Positions 26,228 through 35,338 are shown, counted from the stretch's first letter. The stretch is 53,747 nucleotides of DNA from Candidatus Velthaea sp. (GCA_050012475.1 JBEKHC010000024.1:1-53747); one strand, 5' to 3'. Numbers and translations: made by a program. The notes: a model not told the origin generated them from the sequence alone.

Positions 26228-26886
26228 GGAACGGGGGTCGGCGCCGTGTGTGAAGGCGGCCGGTGCGGATGCGGCAACTGCATGCGGATATGATGTTTCT
26301 CAGCGTACGCTTCGGCCGGTTCGACGACGTGCGAGTCAAAGTAGTTCGAGAGAACGTCGCCGCCGATTGCCAGCGCCGTGCAGATCGGCACGGCGATCGC
26401 GCACATCGTATAGACTTGCCGGAAGATTGGGACGCGCAGCGCGGCGGCCGTTTGCGTAGCGATCGTCCCGCCCAATCCGGGAATGACGCGCACGCAGATG
26501 AGAAACATCGGCGAACCGATCTTGAATCGGCGCACCCACTTGGGCAACTTCTGCACCTGTCCTTCGATGTCGAGCAGCGCCGATGTTCGCAGGGCGACGA
26601 TATACCCGATGACGGCCGCGAGCACGATGCCCAGCGCGTTCACCAGTGAGCCCCACCAGGGTCCGAAGATCACCCCGTTCATTATCGCCAAGGCATCGGT
26701 CACGGAAAAGGGTGCCGACGCGACGATCGCCAGAACGAGCACCGCCAGCGGCATCGCAAAGGGTCCCAGTGTGCCCAGCAGGTGCTCGACTTGACCCTTG
26801 CGTGCAACGACGAATGCAGCGAGGGCGAACGAGACCAACAGGATCGCACTCGCCTCGAGCCGGCGCAGCAGCACTGAGGCTTTCAC
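26224..26886 (-). CDS. DedA/VTT (TVP38-like) membrane protein
   Basis: Several hydrophobic helices, GVIFGPWWG and RVIPG motif. GTG start estimated. The stop overlaps the rnd start (ATGA). Confidence 0.75.
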   Translation of the reverse strand: MKASVLLRRLEASAILLVSFALAAFVVARKGQVEHLLGTLGPFAMPLAVLVLAIVASAPFSVTDALAIMNGVIFGPWWGSLVNALGIVLAAVIGYIVALRTSALLDIEGQVQKLPKWVRRFKIGSPMFLICVRVIPGLGGTIATQTAAALRVPIFRQVYTMCAIAVPICTALAIGGDVLSNYFDSHVVEPAEAYAEKHHIRMQLPHPHRPPSHTAPTPVP

Positions 26887-27025
26887 GGCAAACTTTCTTT
26901 GCGGCAGCGAACGGGACGCCTCTTGCTCGCTCGATACGGTCGTAGTACGGGACAACGCTTCGCGCCGTCCTTCGGCGACATCCGGCGAACCGCGCACAGC
27001 TGGAATTAGGTGTGATTTTCCGCTA

Positions 27026-27054
27026 TTGAAATGCATCGGTGCCGGGTGTACGAT
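27026..27054 (+). promoter_or_regulatory. Sigma70-type promoter
   Basis: TTGAAA-17 nt-TACGAT, preceded by an AT-enriched tract in an otherwise very GC-rich sequence. Confidence 0.7.
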
Positions 27055-27059
27055 GCTAA

Positions 27060-27345
27060 GACCTCGAGGTACTCCCGCGAACCCCTAGAGGAGGGCGGAT
27101 GACACCGCAAGATCCACCTGGGTACTAGCCGCCGAAACGGGTGATTGCGCACCGTTCTCGGTGAGACGGCGAGCGCCGTCCAAGCTTTTCGCGCACTTAC
27201 GTTCAAAGGCAAAGGAGGGCGGCTTCTATTTGAGCCCGCAAGATCCACCGAAGGACGATTCGTCGTAGTCGCGGTTTGACGACTGCGGCGCGACAAGAGG
27301 AGTAAGAGAGTGAGCCGTGCAGTTGCGCGGCTCACTCTTGTTTTG
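27060..27345 (+). ncRNA. Putative structured small RNA or micro-ORF transcript with a duplicated motif (unassigned family)
   Basis: Bounded by a promoter and a strong terminator. Contains two copies of GGAGGGCGG-(variable hairpin)-CCGCAAGATCCACC. Lacks the hallmarks of tmRNA, RNase P and SRP RNA. Confidence 0.55.
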
Positions 27346-27845
27346 CTGTCCGGTCGAGCGAGTACGATACCGCGCCGCTGCCGCAGCGCCGAATTTCGCC
27401 CCGACGTCGCTCATGATCCGAACCCGCAACGGCGGGGAAACCAGCCGGTCGAACATCGCTTCGACGTCGAAGGTGCGCGTCGCGGGATCGAAGCCGGCAC
27501 GGTAGAGCGCAGCGGACAGGGCCTCCCGTCCCCGGGATCCAGGTCGGGCGATGCCGGCGGCGCGGCGCGATTCTCCCCGAACAGCCGCAACGCGTCGGCG
27601 ATCACGAAGTCAAAGATGACGATGAAGCCCTTGACCGCCGGAGCGCCGAACGCCCGGGTCAAGGCCGCCAGCTCGGCGTTCGAATCCGTGCCGGCGAGCG
27701 CGCCGACCAGCGTCGTGGTTTTGAAGTCCTCGGGCCCGCCGCCGGCGGCGACGAGCGACGACATCGTCGAGCGTTGCGGCGCGACCGTCGTGCGGCCCAA
27801 CGCCGGACCGGCGGTGAACGCGGTCAACACTGCCGCGACGAGCAT
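27226..27845 (-). pseudogene. Frameshifted secreted hypothetical protein
   Basis: Signal-peptide N-terminus (MLVAAVLTAFTAGPALG). Protein-like sequence continues after a 1-nt shift at ~27523 (DG-[AG]-ALSAALYRAGFDP...MFDRLVS), then runs through the terminator to a distant stop at 27226. Confidence 0.6.
27307..27345 (+). terminator. Intrinsic terminator (possibly bidirectional)
   Basis: 14-bp stem AGAGTGAGCCGTGC/GCGCGGCTCACTCT with one G-U pair and loop AGTT, followed by TGTTTTG. Confidence 0.75.
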
Positions 27846-28279
27846 TACGTTGCGCAGTTCAGTTTATCGATCTCGCGTTGCTCGGCCGGCTCGCTCGTCG
27901 CCGGTGTGCGCAGAAACGCAGCGAGGATCTCGAGGCCCACGGCCGGAGTCGTTGCGCGCATGCTCAAGGCCAAAACGTTCGCATCATTCCAACGCCGCGC
28001 ACCTTCGGCGGTCACCGCGTCCGCGCACAGCGCAGCCCGCACGCCGTCGACTTTATTTGCCGCAATCGAAATACCCGTTCCCGTCCAACAGCACACGACG
28101 CCCCGATCGGCGCGGGCCGCGCTGACTTCCTCGCCGACGGCGCGTCCAATGGATGCCCATGCATCCGAGCCGTCTGCAAGCGCACCGTAGAGGAGCACCT
28201 CATATCCGCGCTCGCGCAAATCCGCGACGAGCGCATCGGTCAGCGCTCCGGTTGCATCGGCGCCCACGGCAATGCGCAT
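27845..28279 (-). CDS. rpiB: RpiB/LacA/LacB family sugar-phosphate isomerase
   Basis: MRIAVGAD, CCWTGTGISIAANKV.GVRAALC and ARRWNDANVLAL motifs. Confidence 0.85.
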   Translation of the reverse strand: MRIAVGADATGALTDALVADLRERGYEVLLYGALADGSDAWASIGRAVGEEVSAARADRGVVCCWTGTGISIAANKVDGVRAALCADAVTAEGARRWNDANVLALSMRATTPAVGLEILAAFLRTPATSEPAEQREIDKLNCAT

Positions 28280-28442
28280 CAGATCGCATTCCGTCTATGC
28301 GGCTGCGCTCCTCCGCCGACGTGCTGCTGTTATCGAGCGCCCACGCGCACGAGTGATGCGCCTGCTGTGCGCGATGCAGAATTATTGCAGCATGCGTCGA
28401 AGGGCTGGCCGTAACTGCGACCACAAATTCGAAGGGCACTCG

Positions 28443-29735
28443 GTGCAACGCAACGTTCTCATCCGTCTTGCCGCTGTTGTGGCTCCGATGGTTCTTGTCA
28501 TGTCAATCGTCTTGGCCGCGTGCGGCGGCGGAGGCAGTTCCGGCAGCAGCGTGCTGAGCGCGGTGCCGTCGGCGGTTCCGGTTCCTTCCCCCAAACCAAC
28601 GGCATCAGCGAAACCAACCCCGGCTCCGAGCGCAACTCCAGCTGCGACGGCGACACCGGTCCCGACCGCGACGCCGACGTCGGTCGCCACATTTACGCCG
28701 ATTCCGGTTCCATCCGGAACCGGAACGCCGACCCCGACCCCCATTCCCACCGCCCCGCCGTCCACGCCCACACCGGCTCCCACGTTCGCTCCGACGCCCA
28801 CGGCGACGCCGACACCGGGTCCGACCGCGACCGGTGCGCCGACGCCGAAGCCCAGTTCCACGCCGATTGCGACGCCGGCACCGACGCCCAATCCTTGCAC
28901 CGGCGCCGCTTCGAGCGCGACCCGAACGGCACTCGCAGGCCGGATCTATCACCAATTCGTTCCGGCAACGCGTTACCGGTCCGCGCAACGCACGGCAAGC
29001 GCCCTCGACACGTCGCTCAACGTCATCTGCCACGGCGGTCCGATCCAGACCAAACCGTATATGTATCTTATTTACTGGGGTGATTCGTGGTCCGACACGT
29101 CGGCGAACGGCGGTGATCCCGACGGCGTGCAAGCGATTGCGACGAGCTTCGCAAAAGTCATGGGCGGAACCCGGTGGCTCAACACCGTGACGCAATATTT
29201 CGACCCGCAACTCGACTATGTCAGCAACACACCCTTCAACGTGACGGTCGTCAACGTCTCCGGAACGCCGCCGGCGGTCCCGCAGTTTAACGATCTCGCC
29301 GCGGTCGCCGCGCACGTCGCGCAGCAATACGGCGATTACAACATCAACGCGAATTTCGTCGTGCTCACGCCGCACGGCGTTTTGCCCGAAGGCTTTCCGG
29401 CGACATACTGCGCCTGGCATTCATCGACGGCGGCAGCCGGCGGCACGATCGCCTTCACCAACCTGCCGTATATTCCCGACGCCGGCTATGGCTGCGGCGA
29501 GAGTTTCGTTCACCCCGGTGCCGCCGGGATTGCCGATGGCGTCTCGGTTGTCTTAGGCCACGAACAAGCGGAGGCCGAAACCGATCCGCAACTCACGGCC
29601 TGGTACGACATCAACGGCGACGAGATCGCCGACAAATGCGCCTGGCAGAACGTCGCCGCAAATCCCAACGCCGCCGGCTATCCCACTCAACCGCTGTGGA
29701 GTAATCGATCCGCGAGCTGCGTTCAGTTCTTCTAG
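28443..29735 (+). CDS. Lipoprotein with Pro/Thr linker and Phi-1/EXORDIUM-like C-terminal domain
   Basis: GTG start after GAAGGG, lipobox LAAC and a ~110-aa PT-rich linker. HGGP..YLIYWG, YCAWHS, HEQAEAETDP and GDEIADKC motifs. Confidence 0.75.
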   Translation: MQRNVLIRLAAVVAPMVLVMSIVLAACGGGGSSGSSVLSAVPSAVPVPSPKPTASAKPTPAPSATPAATATPVPTATPTSVATFTPIPVPSGTGTPTPTPIPTAPPSTPTPAPTFAPTPTATPTPGPTATGAPTPKPSSTPIATPAPTPNPCTGAASSATRTALAGRIYHQFVPATRYRSAQRTASALDTSLNVICHGGPIQTKPYMYLIYWGDSWSDTSANGGDPDGVQAIATSFAKVMGGTRWLNTVTQYFDPQLDYVSNTPFNVTVVNVSGTPPAVPQFNDLAAVAAHVAQQYGDYNINANFVVLTPHGVLPEGFPATYCAWHSSTAAAGGTIAFTNLPYIPDAGYGCGESFVHPGAAGIADGVSVVLGHEQAEAETDPQLTAWYDINGDEIADKCAWQNVAANPNAAGYPTQPLWSNRSASCVQFF

Positions 29736-30163
29736 CGCAGCACCGTGATCGTGTCGGCGTCCAGCGCGCCGTCGGGAGCGCCGCGGCCGCTGACGTCGAC
29801 GGCCGTTCCGGTTCCCGGAGTCGCGCCGCGCGGGTTGATCACGGTTCCCTGGTGCAGGCGCACGGTGCGATAACTGTTCGGCCCGGTTTCCACCTGCATG
29901 TCGTAGCGCTTGAAGTAGCTGACGATGCCCTGGGTCGTGTTGGCGGCGTTGAGCCGGTTGCGGACGATGATGTCGCTCAAGATTCCGGCCGCCGCGCGAA
30001 TGATCGCCTGCGTCGCCGCATCCGTCTGCGGCGGCAGCGTGGGCACGACGATCGGCGAGGGCGTGGGGGCCGGCGTCGGCGTCGCCGTCGCGGCGGCCGG
30101 CCCCAAGAACACAGCGCCGAAGAACGCCGCGAGCAGCGATCCGGCAGCAAAGCGCACAAGCAT
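29732..30163 (-). CDS. Secreted hypothetical protein
   Basis: Signal peptide, short PT linker and a compact domain containing LHQGTVINPRG. Converges on the lipoprotein with overlapping stop codons. Confidence 0.65.
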   Translation of the reverse strand: MLVRFAAGSLLAAFFGAVFLGPAAATATPTPAPTPSPIVVPTLPPQTDAATQAIIRAAAGILSDIIVRNRLNAANTTQGIVSYFKRYDMQVETGPNSYRTVRLHQGTVINPRGATPGTGTAVDVSGRGAPDGALDADTITVLR

Positions 30164-30217
30164 GGTACTCCGCAAACGGGACGGCCCGGCGGCGAGTTCC
30201 GTCGAATCGCGCTCCGC

Positions 30218-30931
30218 ATGGACGAACCGCAAGCCGCGGCCAGCGTCATGATCGGGCGCGAAACAAGTGCCGGCATCGAGTTTTTCATGCTCCGTCGCAG
30301 TTCGCGCAGCGCTTTCATGCCCAGTGTCTTCGTCTTTCCGGGCGGCCGCGTCGAAGCGCCGGATCGGGCCGACGCCGCGACCCGGCAGCTCGCCGGCGCG
30401 CTGCCGGGCCCGGATAAAGCGTTCGTCTATGCCGCTGCGCGCGAAACGTTCGAGGAGTGCGGCCTGCTGTTCGCGACGCGGATGATCGACGAACGGACGC
30501 TCGAAATCGCGCGCAGCCGCGTGCTGAGCGGCACGCATACGTTCGCCGAGGTGCTCGCCGACCTCGGCGCTTGCATCGACGGCAGCGCGTTGCGGTATTT
30601 TTCGCGCTGGATCACGCCGCCGTTCGAGACGCGCCGCTTCGACACGCGCTTCTTCGTCGCTCGGGCCCCCGCAGGACAAGCGGCGCAAGCCGATGCTGGC
30701 GAGACGCACGACGGCCTGTGGATTACGCCGGTCCAAGCGCTGGCGCGCAACGCCGGCGGCACGTTCGCGCTGATCTATCCGACCATCAAACATCTCGAAC
30801 GCGTCGCCGAATTCGTCACGCTCGACGCGCTGCTCGACTACGCGGCGCACAAGCCGATCCACGCGGTCATGCCGACCGTCGCAGCCGACCGGACGATCAC
30901 GATCCCGGCGGCACTCGAGGGCGTGTGGTAA
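30218..30931 (+). CDS. NUDIX hydrolase (NUDT19-like)
   Basis: LRRS...FMP..FVFPGG, AAARETFEECG Nudix box and WITP...RRFDTRFF. Confidence 0.88.
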   Translation: MDEPQAAASVMIGRETSAGIEFFMLRRSSRSAFMPSVFVFPGGRVEAPDRADAATRQLAGALPGPDKAFVYAAARETFEECGLLFATRMIDERTLEIARSRVLSGTHTFAEVLADLGACIDGSALRYFSRWITPPFETRRFDTRFFVARAPAGQAAQADAGETHDGLWITPVQALARNAGGTFALIYPTIKHLERVAEFVTLDALLDYAAHKPIHAVMPTVAADRTITIPAALEGVW

Positions 30932-31839
30932 CCCTCATGCGGGCACCCAATCCGTCGCCGCTGACGCTCGACGGCACGAACGGATACATCATCCGGGCCG
31001 GTCCGCAAACGCTCGTTGCGATCGATCCGGGAATCGACGACGCCGCGCACATCGCGGCGTTCGTCGACTTCGCGCGCGGCGCGCGGGCGGACTTCGCCGC
31101 GATCTTCGTCACGCACGGCCACCCCGATCACTATCCGGGCGCGCTGGCGCTGCGCGCCGCAACCGGAGCGCCGATCTACGCTCACCCCGGCGCGACGTTC
31201 GGCCACGATCGCGATCTCATCGACGGCGCACGCTTGCGCTTCGAGGATGCGACGTTCGTAGCCGTACATGCGCCCGGCCACGCGCGTGACCATCTCGTGT
31301 TCTGGCTCGAGGAGCGCGGCGCGCTTTTCACCGGCGACGTGGTGGTGGGGACTGGGACCGTCGTGATCGCGCCGCCGTCGGGCGACATGCGCGTGTACAT
31401 CGCGTCGCTCGAGCGGCTGCTGCGCGACTACGGTCACGCCGACGTTTTATACGGCGGCCACGGTCCGCCCGTGCTCGACCCGCGGGCCAAATTGCAAGAA
31501 TACATCGACCACCGTGCCCGGCGCGAAGCGCAGATCGTCGCCGCGCTGGACCGCGCGCCGGCAACGATCCCCGACCTCGTCGCTCGCGTCTATGCCGACG
31601 TGAGCGAGACGCTGTGGCCCGCTGCCGCACGCCAAGTGCTGGCGTATTTGATCGCGCTCACACAAGAACACCGGGTCCGCGCAACGCCGCTGGAGCGCGC
31701 GCCGACGACGCGCGAGGCCGCGCTCTTGAATCCCGATCTCAGTCTGCTCGCACATCCCGGCGAGCGCGCGCTGGCGCGCGCCGAATTGGGCCTGGGCGGT
31801 TCGGCCGAACCGCTGCAGCTGTATTCGCCGGCGGGCTGA
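30925..31839 (+). CDS. Metallo-beta-lactamase-fold hydrolase (LACTB2-like)
   Basis: APNPSPLTLDGTN, THGHPDH, APGHARDH, FTGD and GGHG motifs, with a C-terminal winged-helix-like region. Confidence 0.88.
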   Translation: MVTLMRAPNPSPLTLDGTNGYIIRAGPQTLVAIDPGIDDAAHIAAFVDFARGARADFAAIFVTHGHPDHYPGALALRAATGAPIYAHPGATFGHDRDLIDGARLRFEDATFVAVHAPGHARDHLVFWLEERGALFTGDVVVGTGTVVIAPPSGDMRVYIASLERLLRDYGHADVLYGGHGPPVLDPRAKLQEYIDHRARREAQIVAALDRAPATIPDLVARVYADVSETLWPAAARQVLAYLIALTQEHRVRATPLERAPTTREAALLNPDLSLLAHPGERALARAELGLGGSAEPLQLYSPAG

Positions 31840-31880
31840 CACACGCGGAACAGCGCCGCGCGCGGTGAACGCTTGGGCGT

Positions 31881-33248
31881 ATGTCCACCGACAAACTCGC
31901 CGCCACGATCGACACGATCGTCACGGCAGCGCTCGAGCGCCAACACCTCCCGGGCATCTCGCTCGCGGTCGCCCGCGCCGGCGAGATCCTGTTCGCCGGC
32001 GGTTTCGGCTATCGCAACGTGGGTGAAGCGCTGCCTGCCGATGCCGATACGATTTACAGCATCGCATCGATCTCCAAGCAGTTCACCGCGGCGGCGATCA
32101 TGCGCCTCGCCGAGCGCGGACTGCTGCGCATCGACGATCCCGTCGACCGCTATTTTCCCCAGAACCCCTACGGCGATCGCGTCACGCTGCGCCATTTGCT
32201 CACGCACACCTCGGGAATTCCCGATTATTTCCCGCTCGAAGAACTCGACCGGCTGGCCTTCACCGAAGCGTCGCCCGGCGAGATCATCCAATGCGTCGCG
32301 CACCGCGGCGCGACGTTCGCTCCGGGCGCCGAGTATCAATACTGCAACACCGGGTACGTGATGCTCGGCGCGATCATCGAGCGCGTCGCGAATCAATCCT
32401 ACGCGCACTATCTGCAAACGAATTTCTTCGACCCCTTGGAGATGACGCGCACCGGCGTCGACGACACGCCGGCGATCCATCGGAATCTCGCGATCGGCTA
32501 CACCTCATTCGTCCTCGGCCCGTGGGAGTTGGCGCGCGACTATCATCCGACGTGGGAATTCGCGACGGGCGGTTTGTACAGCACGGTTCTCGACGTGCTC
32601 AAATGGAATCGCGCGCTGCGCAGCGGGCGCGTCGTGGGCGCAGCGTCGCTGGCCCTGATGACGGCCCGCGCACGGCTCGGCAACGGTCAGTCGCTCGACT
32701 ATGGATTCGGCTTGAGCGTCAACGACGTCGACGGGCTGCAGGAAATTCGCCATACCGGCGGCCTGCCCGGGATCAGCACCGACAATGCGACCTACCCGGG
32801 CGCCGGGATCGACATCGTCGCGTTCGTCAACCACGACAGCTGCTCGATGTACGCCACCGTCGTGCGCCCGATTCTCGCGCTGCTGCACGCGCAGTCGCCG
32901 GCCGCAAGCGCCCGCGAACCGGCGTTGCCCATGAGTTCGGGACTTGACGAGCGGCCGTGGGCGCAGCATTGGATTCGCACCGCCGCCGCGGGTGGGATCG
33001 GCGACCTCCCGCTCTCGGCGCGTTTCGAGCGCTTCTTGAATCCCGGCCGCCGCGCGCGCTTTGCGGAGCTGCGCGCGTACGGCGAGATCACCGGGATCCG
33101 GCTCATCGAAGCGTCGCGGCGCGATCCCGAAACGGCGTTCAGCTATCGCGTCGATTTCGAGCGCGGGCCGTTGGTCGCCACGCTCGCCGTCCGCGACGAC
33201 GGAACGCTGGCCAACCTGCAATTCCTGCGCTGGGACGACCGGGCCTAG
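31881..33248 (+). CDS. Serine hydrolase (beta-lactamase/D-peptidase family)
   Basis: SISK (SxxK), LLTHTSGI, YCN and HTGG motifs. Confidence 0.9.
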   Translation: MSTDKLAATIDTIVTAALERQHLPGISLAVARAGEILFAGGFGYRNVGEALPADADTIYSIASISKQFTAAAIMRLAERGLLRIDDPVDRYFPQNPYGDRVTLRHLLTHTSGIPDYFPLEELDRLAFTEASPGEIIQCVAHRGATFAPGAEYQYCNTGYVMLGAIIERVANQSYAHYLQTNFFDPLEMTRTGVDDTPAIHRNLAIGYTSFVLGPWELARDYHPTWEFATGGLYSTVLDVLKWNRALRSGRVVGAASLALMTARARLGNGQSLDYGFGLSVNDVDGLQEIRHTGGLPGISTDNATYPGAGIDIVAFVNHDSCSMYATVVRPILALLHAQSPAASAREPALPMSSGLDERPWAQHWIRTAAAGGIGDLPLSARFERFLNPGRRARFAELRAYGEITGIRLIEASRRDPETAFSYRVDFERGPLVATLAVRDDGTLANLQFLRWDDRA

Positions 33249-33276
33249 CGCCAAGCACCTGCGGCTCGTTGTGCGG

Positions 33277-34287
33277 TTATTCGATCGCGAGAACGATTTT
33301 GCCGAACTGCATCGACGAGTTCATGCGTTCGGCGGCGATGACGGCATCTTTCATCGCATAGACGTCGTCGACCGCCGGTTTGAGTTTGCCCTCGGCGACG
33401 AGCGCAAGCATCCCCGCGAAATCCTGCGGCGAGCCCATCGACGTGCCCAAAATGTCGAGGTGCTTCCAAAACAGTGAAAAGAGCCGCACGTTCGCTTTGG
33501 GCGCGGTTCCGCCGTACGTCACGATCCGCGCGCCGGGACGCGCGATGTCCAGACATTGCGCAAACGTGTCGCCGCCGGCGGAATCGATGATCAAACTCGG
33601 GCCGCCACCGCCCGCCGCCGCGCGCACGTCTTTGGCCCAGGCGGCCGAGGTCTTGTAATTGATCGTGACGTCGGCGCCCAGCGCTTTCGCCCGTTCGAGT
33701 TTGTCGTCACTGGACGAGGTCACGATCGTGCGCGCACCGACGTACGCCGCGAAGAGCAGCGCGAACGTTTGCACGCCGCCGCCGATTCCGGTCAGCAGGA
33801 CGACGTCGTCGCGCGTGACGCGCCCGCGCGTAACGAGAGCCCGGTACGCGGTGAGTCCGGCCAGCGGGAGTGCCGCGGCTTCGTCGTCGGAAAGATGGGC
33901 CGGTCGCGGATGCACGTTGCCCGCCGGCACGACGACGTATTGCGCGAACGTTCCGTCGTGCGGCATGCCGAGGATCGAGCTGCCGTTGCTCCACACCGCG
34001 GGATTCGGGCCCCACTCCAGCATCGGGTCGATGACGACGGGGGTGCCGGTCGCCGGACCGTCGACCCCGGATCCCAAGCCGGCGACCACGCCGGTTCCGT
34101 CGGAGCCGAGCGTTCGCGGCAGTTCGATCCCCGGATAGAGTCCTTGGGTGATGAACACGTCGCGCCGGTTGAACGCGGCGCGCGTAATCTGGACCAGGAT
34201 CTCGCCCTGGGCGGGGGCCGGATCGTCGATCGTTTCGAGCCGCAGATGTTGTGGGCCGCCGAGTTCGTTGAGTCGTACCGCTCTCAT
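33277..34287 (-). CDS. Medium-chain dehydrogenase / quinone oxidoreductase family protein
   Basis: LGSDGTG, GTFAQY, AAALPLAGLTAYRAL, GIGGGV and GTSMGS motifs. Confidence 0.88.
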   Translation of the reverse strand: MRAVRLNELGGPQHLRLETIDDPAPAQGEILVQITRAAFNRRDVFITQGLYPGIELPRTLGSDGTGVVAGLGSGVDGPATGTPVVIDPMLEWGPNPAVWSNGSSILGMPHDGTFAQYVVVPAGNVHPRPAHLSDDEAAALPLAGLTAYRALVTRGRVTRDDVVLLTGIGGGVQTFALLFAAYVGARTIVTSSSDDKLERAKALGADVTINYKTSAAWAKDVRAAAGGGGPSLIIDSAGGDTFAQCLDIARPGARIVTYGGTAPKANVRLFSLFWKHLDILGTSMGSPQDFAGMLALVAEGKLKPAVDDVYAMKDAVIAAERMNSSMQFGKIVLAIE

Positions 34288-34316
34288 TGGGCTGACCTAC
34301 GGCGGCCCGCGCCGCT

Positions 34317-35147
34317 TTACCCGGTCGTTACGGGTGCGGGCGGCGGAGCCGAGGGAACCGGCGTGTGAATCGCTGCGGGCAGCGCCCCCAGCGCGCCGAC
34401 GAGCGCGAACGCTTCGTGCACGGCGCGAACGATCAGCGGCGGGACGAATTCGACAAACGCGGTCCCTACGGCCAGCACCGTCACGGTGCCGCCGGCGACC
34501 AGAAACGGCAGGGCGCCCAAACCGATGAGCAGCAGCCAGCCCACCAGCGGCGAGAACGCCCGCAGCGGGCTGTGGGCGACGACCGTTCCGCCGAAGAGGT
34601 CGCCCAGCCGCCGGTGGCCGGGCAGCAACGCCAGGATCCAGCCGATCACCAGAAAATCGACCGGCCGCAGCAGATTGCGGACGAACGCCCGGCCGAAGCC
34701 GACGATCCGGTGCTTGGGCGCGTACACGTGGAGCGAGAAGGCGAGTTTGCCCAGCGTCGTCCCCAGGATCGCCTCGAAAAGCCACAGATAGAGCAGCGCG
34801 ATCGCCAGCCCCATCCCCAAGGTGGCATCGAAGCCGCCTTCACTATTGTTGGGCAGCCCGGTAAACGGGTTGATCGCGATGAGACCGTAAAGCAGCATCG
34901 TCGCTACGCTGGTCACGAGGATCAGATCGAGCGCGAACGCCAGAAAGCGGCGCAGCGCATAGCCGAACGGGTTACCGAAGACATACGTGACGCGCGCCGC
35001 GTCGGGCGGTGGAATGAAGGGCACCTGCCGCGAGAACGGCTGCGGCGGAATCGGCTGGGGCGGGAGATACGCCGGCGCGAGCCCGCCCGGCGACGCCTCG
35101 ATCCGCGGCATCGCTACGGTCGGCTCGAGCCCGTCATGCTCGTTCAT
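34317..35147 (-). CDS. RDD family membrane protein
   Basis: RRFLAFALD, GTTLGK, RNLLRPVD and RRLGDLFGGTVV motifs. Start at MNEHDG. Confidence 0.85.
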   Translation of the reverse strand: MNEHDGLEPTVAMPRIEASPGGLAPAYLPPQPIPPQPFSRQVPFIPPPDAARVTYVFGNPFGYALRRFLAFALDLILVTSVATMLLYGLIAINPFTGLPNNSEGGFDATLGMGLAIALLYLWLFEAILGTTLGKLAFSLHVYAPKHRIVGFGRAFVRNLLRPVDFLVIGWILALLPGHRRLGDLFGGTVVAHSPLRAFSPLVGWLLLIGLGALPFLVAGGTVTVLAVGTAFVEFVPPLIVRAVHEAFALVGALGALPAAIHTPVPSAPPPAPVTTG

Positions 35148-35181
35148 GAACCAAGCGTACCCGTTTTCGCACGCGGAACCC

Positions 35182-35211
35182 TTGACGAGGGCTCGGCGCG
35201 GGTGGTACCTT
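35182..35211 (+). promoter_or_regulatory. Sigma70-type promoter for the metY leader
   Basis: TTGACG-18 nt-TACCTT with an extended -10 TG. Predicted +1 coincides with GTG at 35218. Confidence 0.7.
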
Positions 35212-35217
35212 CGCAGC

Positions 35218-35289
35218 GTGAACCGCCTTGCCGGACTCTGTCCGACCATGATGACGCCGATGCTCTGCCTCCCGCGAGAGGTCGTATAG
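35218..35289 (+). CDS. Putative leaderless Met/Cys-rich attenuator leader peptide MNRLAGLCPTMMTPMLCLPREVV
   Basis: 23 codons including 3 internal ATG and 2 Cys codons, directly upstream of metY. The last codons overlap the 5' arm of an antiterminator. Confidence 0.75.
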   Translation: MNRLAGLCPTMMTPMLCLPREVV

Positions 35290-35338
35290 CCGGTAGTCGC
35301 GCGCTCGAAGCAGTTCGACCCGAACGTACGGCCCTCGC
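35274..35338 (+). promoter_or_regulatory. Antiterminator helix of the metY attenuator
   Basis: GCGAG(A)GGTCGTA (35274-35286) pairs with TACGGCCCTCGC (35327-35338): 12 bp, one bulge, one G-U. It sequesters the terminator 5' arm. Confidence 0.72.

Noticed and set aside
27060..27345. tmRNA, RNase P, SRP, 6S, or a glycine/glutamine/c-di-GMP riboswitch
   Set aside because: Only short fragments resemble these (CACCGAAGGA, GGCAAA, TCCACC). The tRNA-like ends, GAGGAAAGTCC, the SRP loop and CTCTCAGG are all absent.
27310..28125. 271-aa plus-strand ORF with a good SD
   Set aside because: Beyond the first ~14 codons it is antisense to the frameshifted gene and rpiB and is not protein-like. Kept only as a possible relic start.
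28562..28890. Repetitive CCGAC(G/C) tract as a CRISPR array or DNA repeat element
   Set aside because: It encodes the Pro/Thr linker of a lipoprotein. There is no constant repeat-spacer structure and no cas genes.
30218..31839. NUDIX + MBL-fold pair (and bolA-grxD at 43761-44351) as novel systems
   Set aside because: Both are common, well-known gene pairings.
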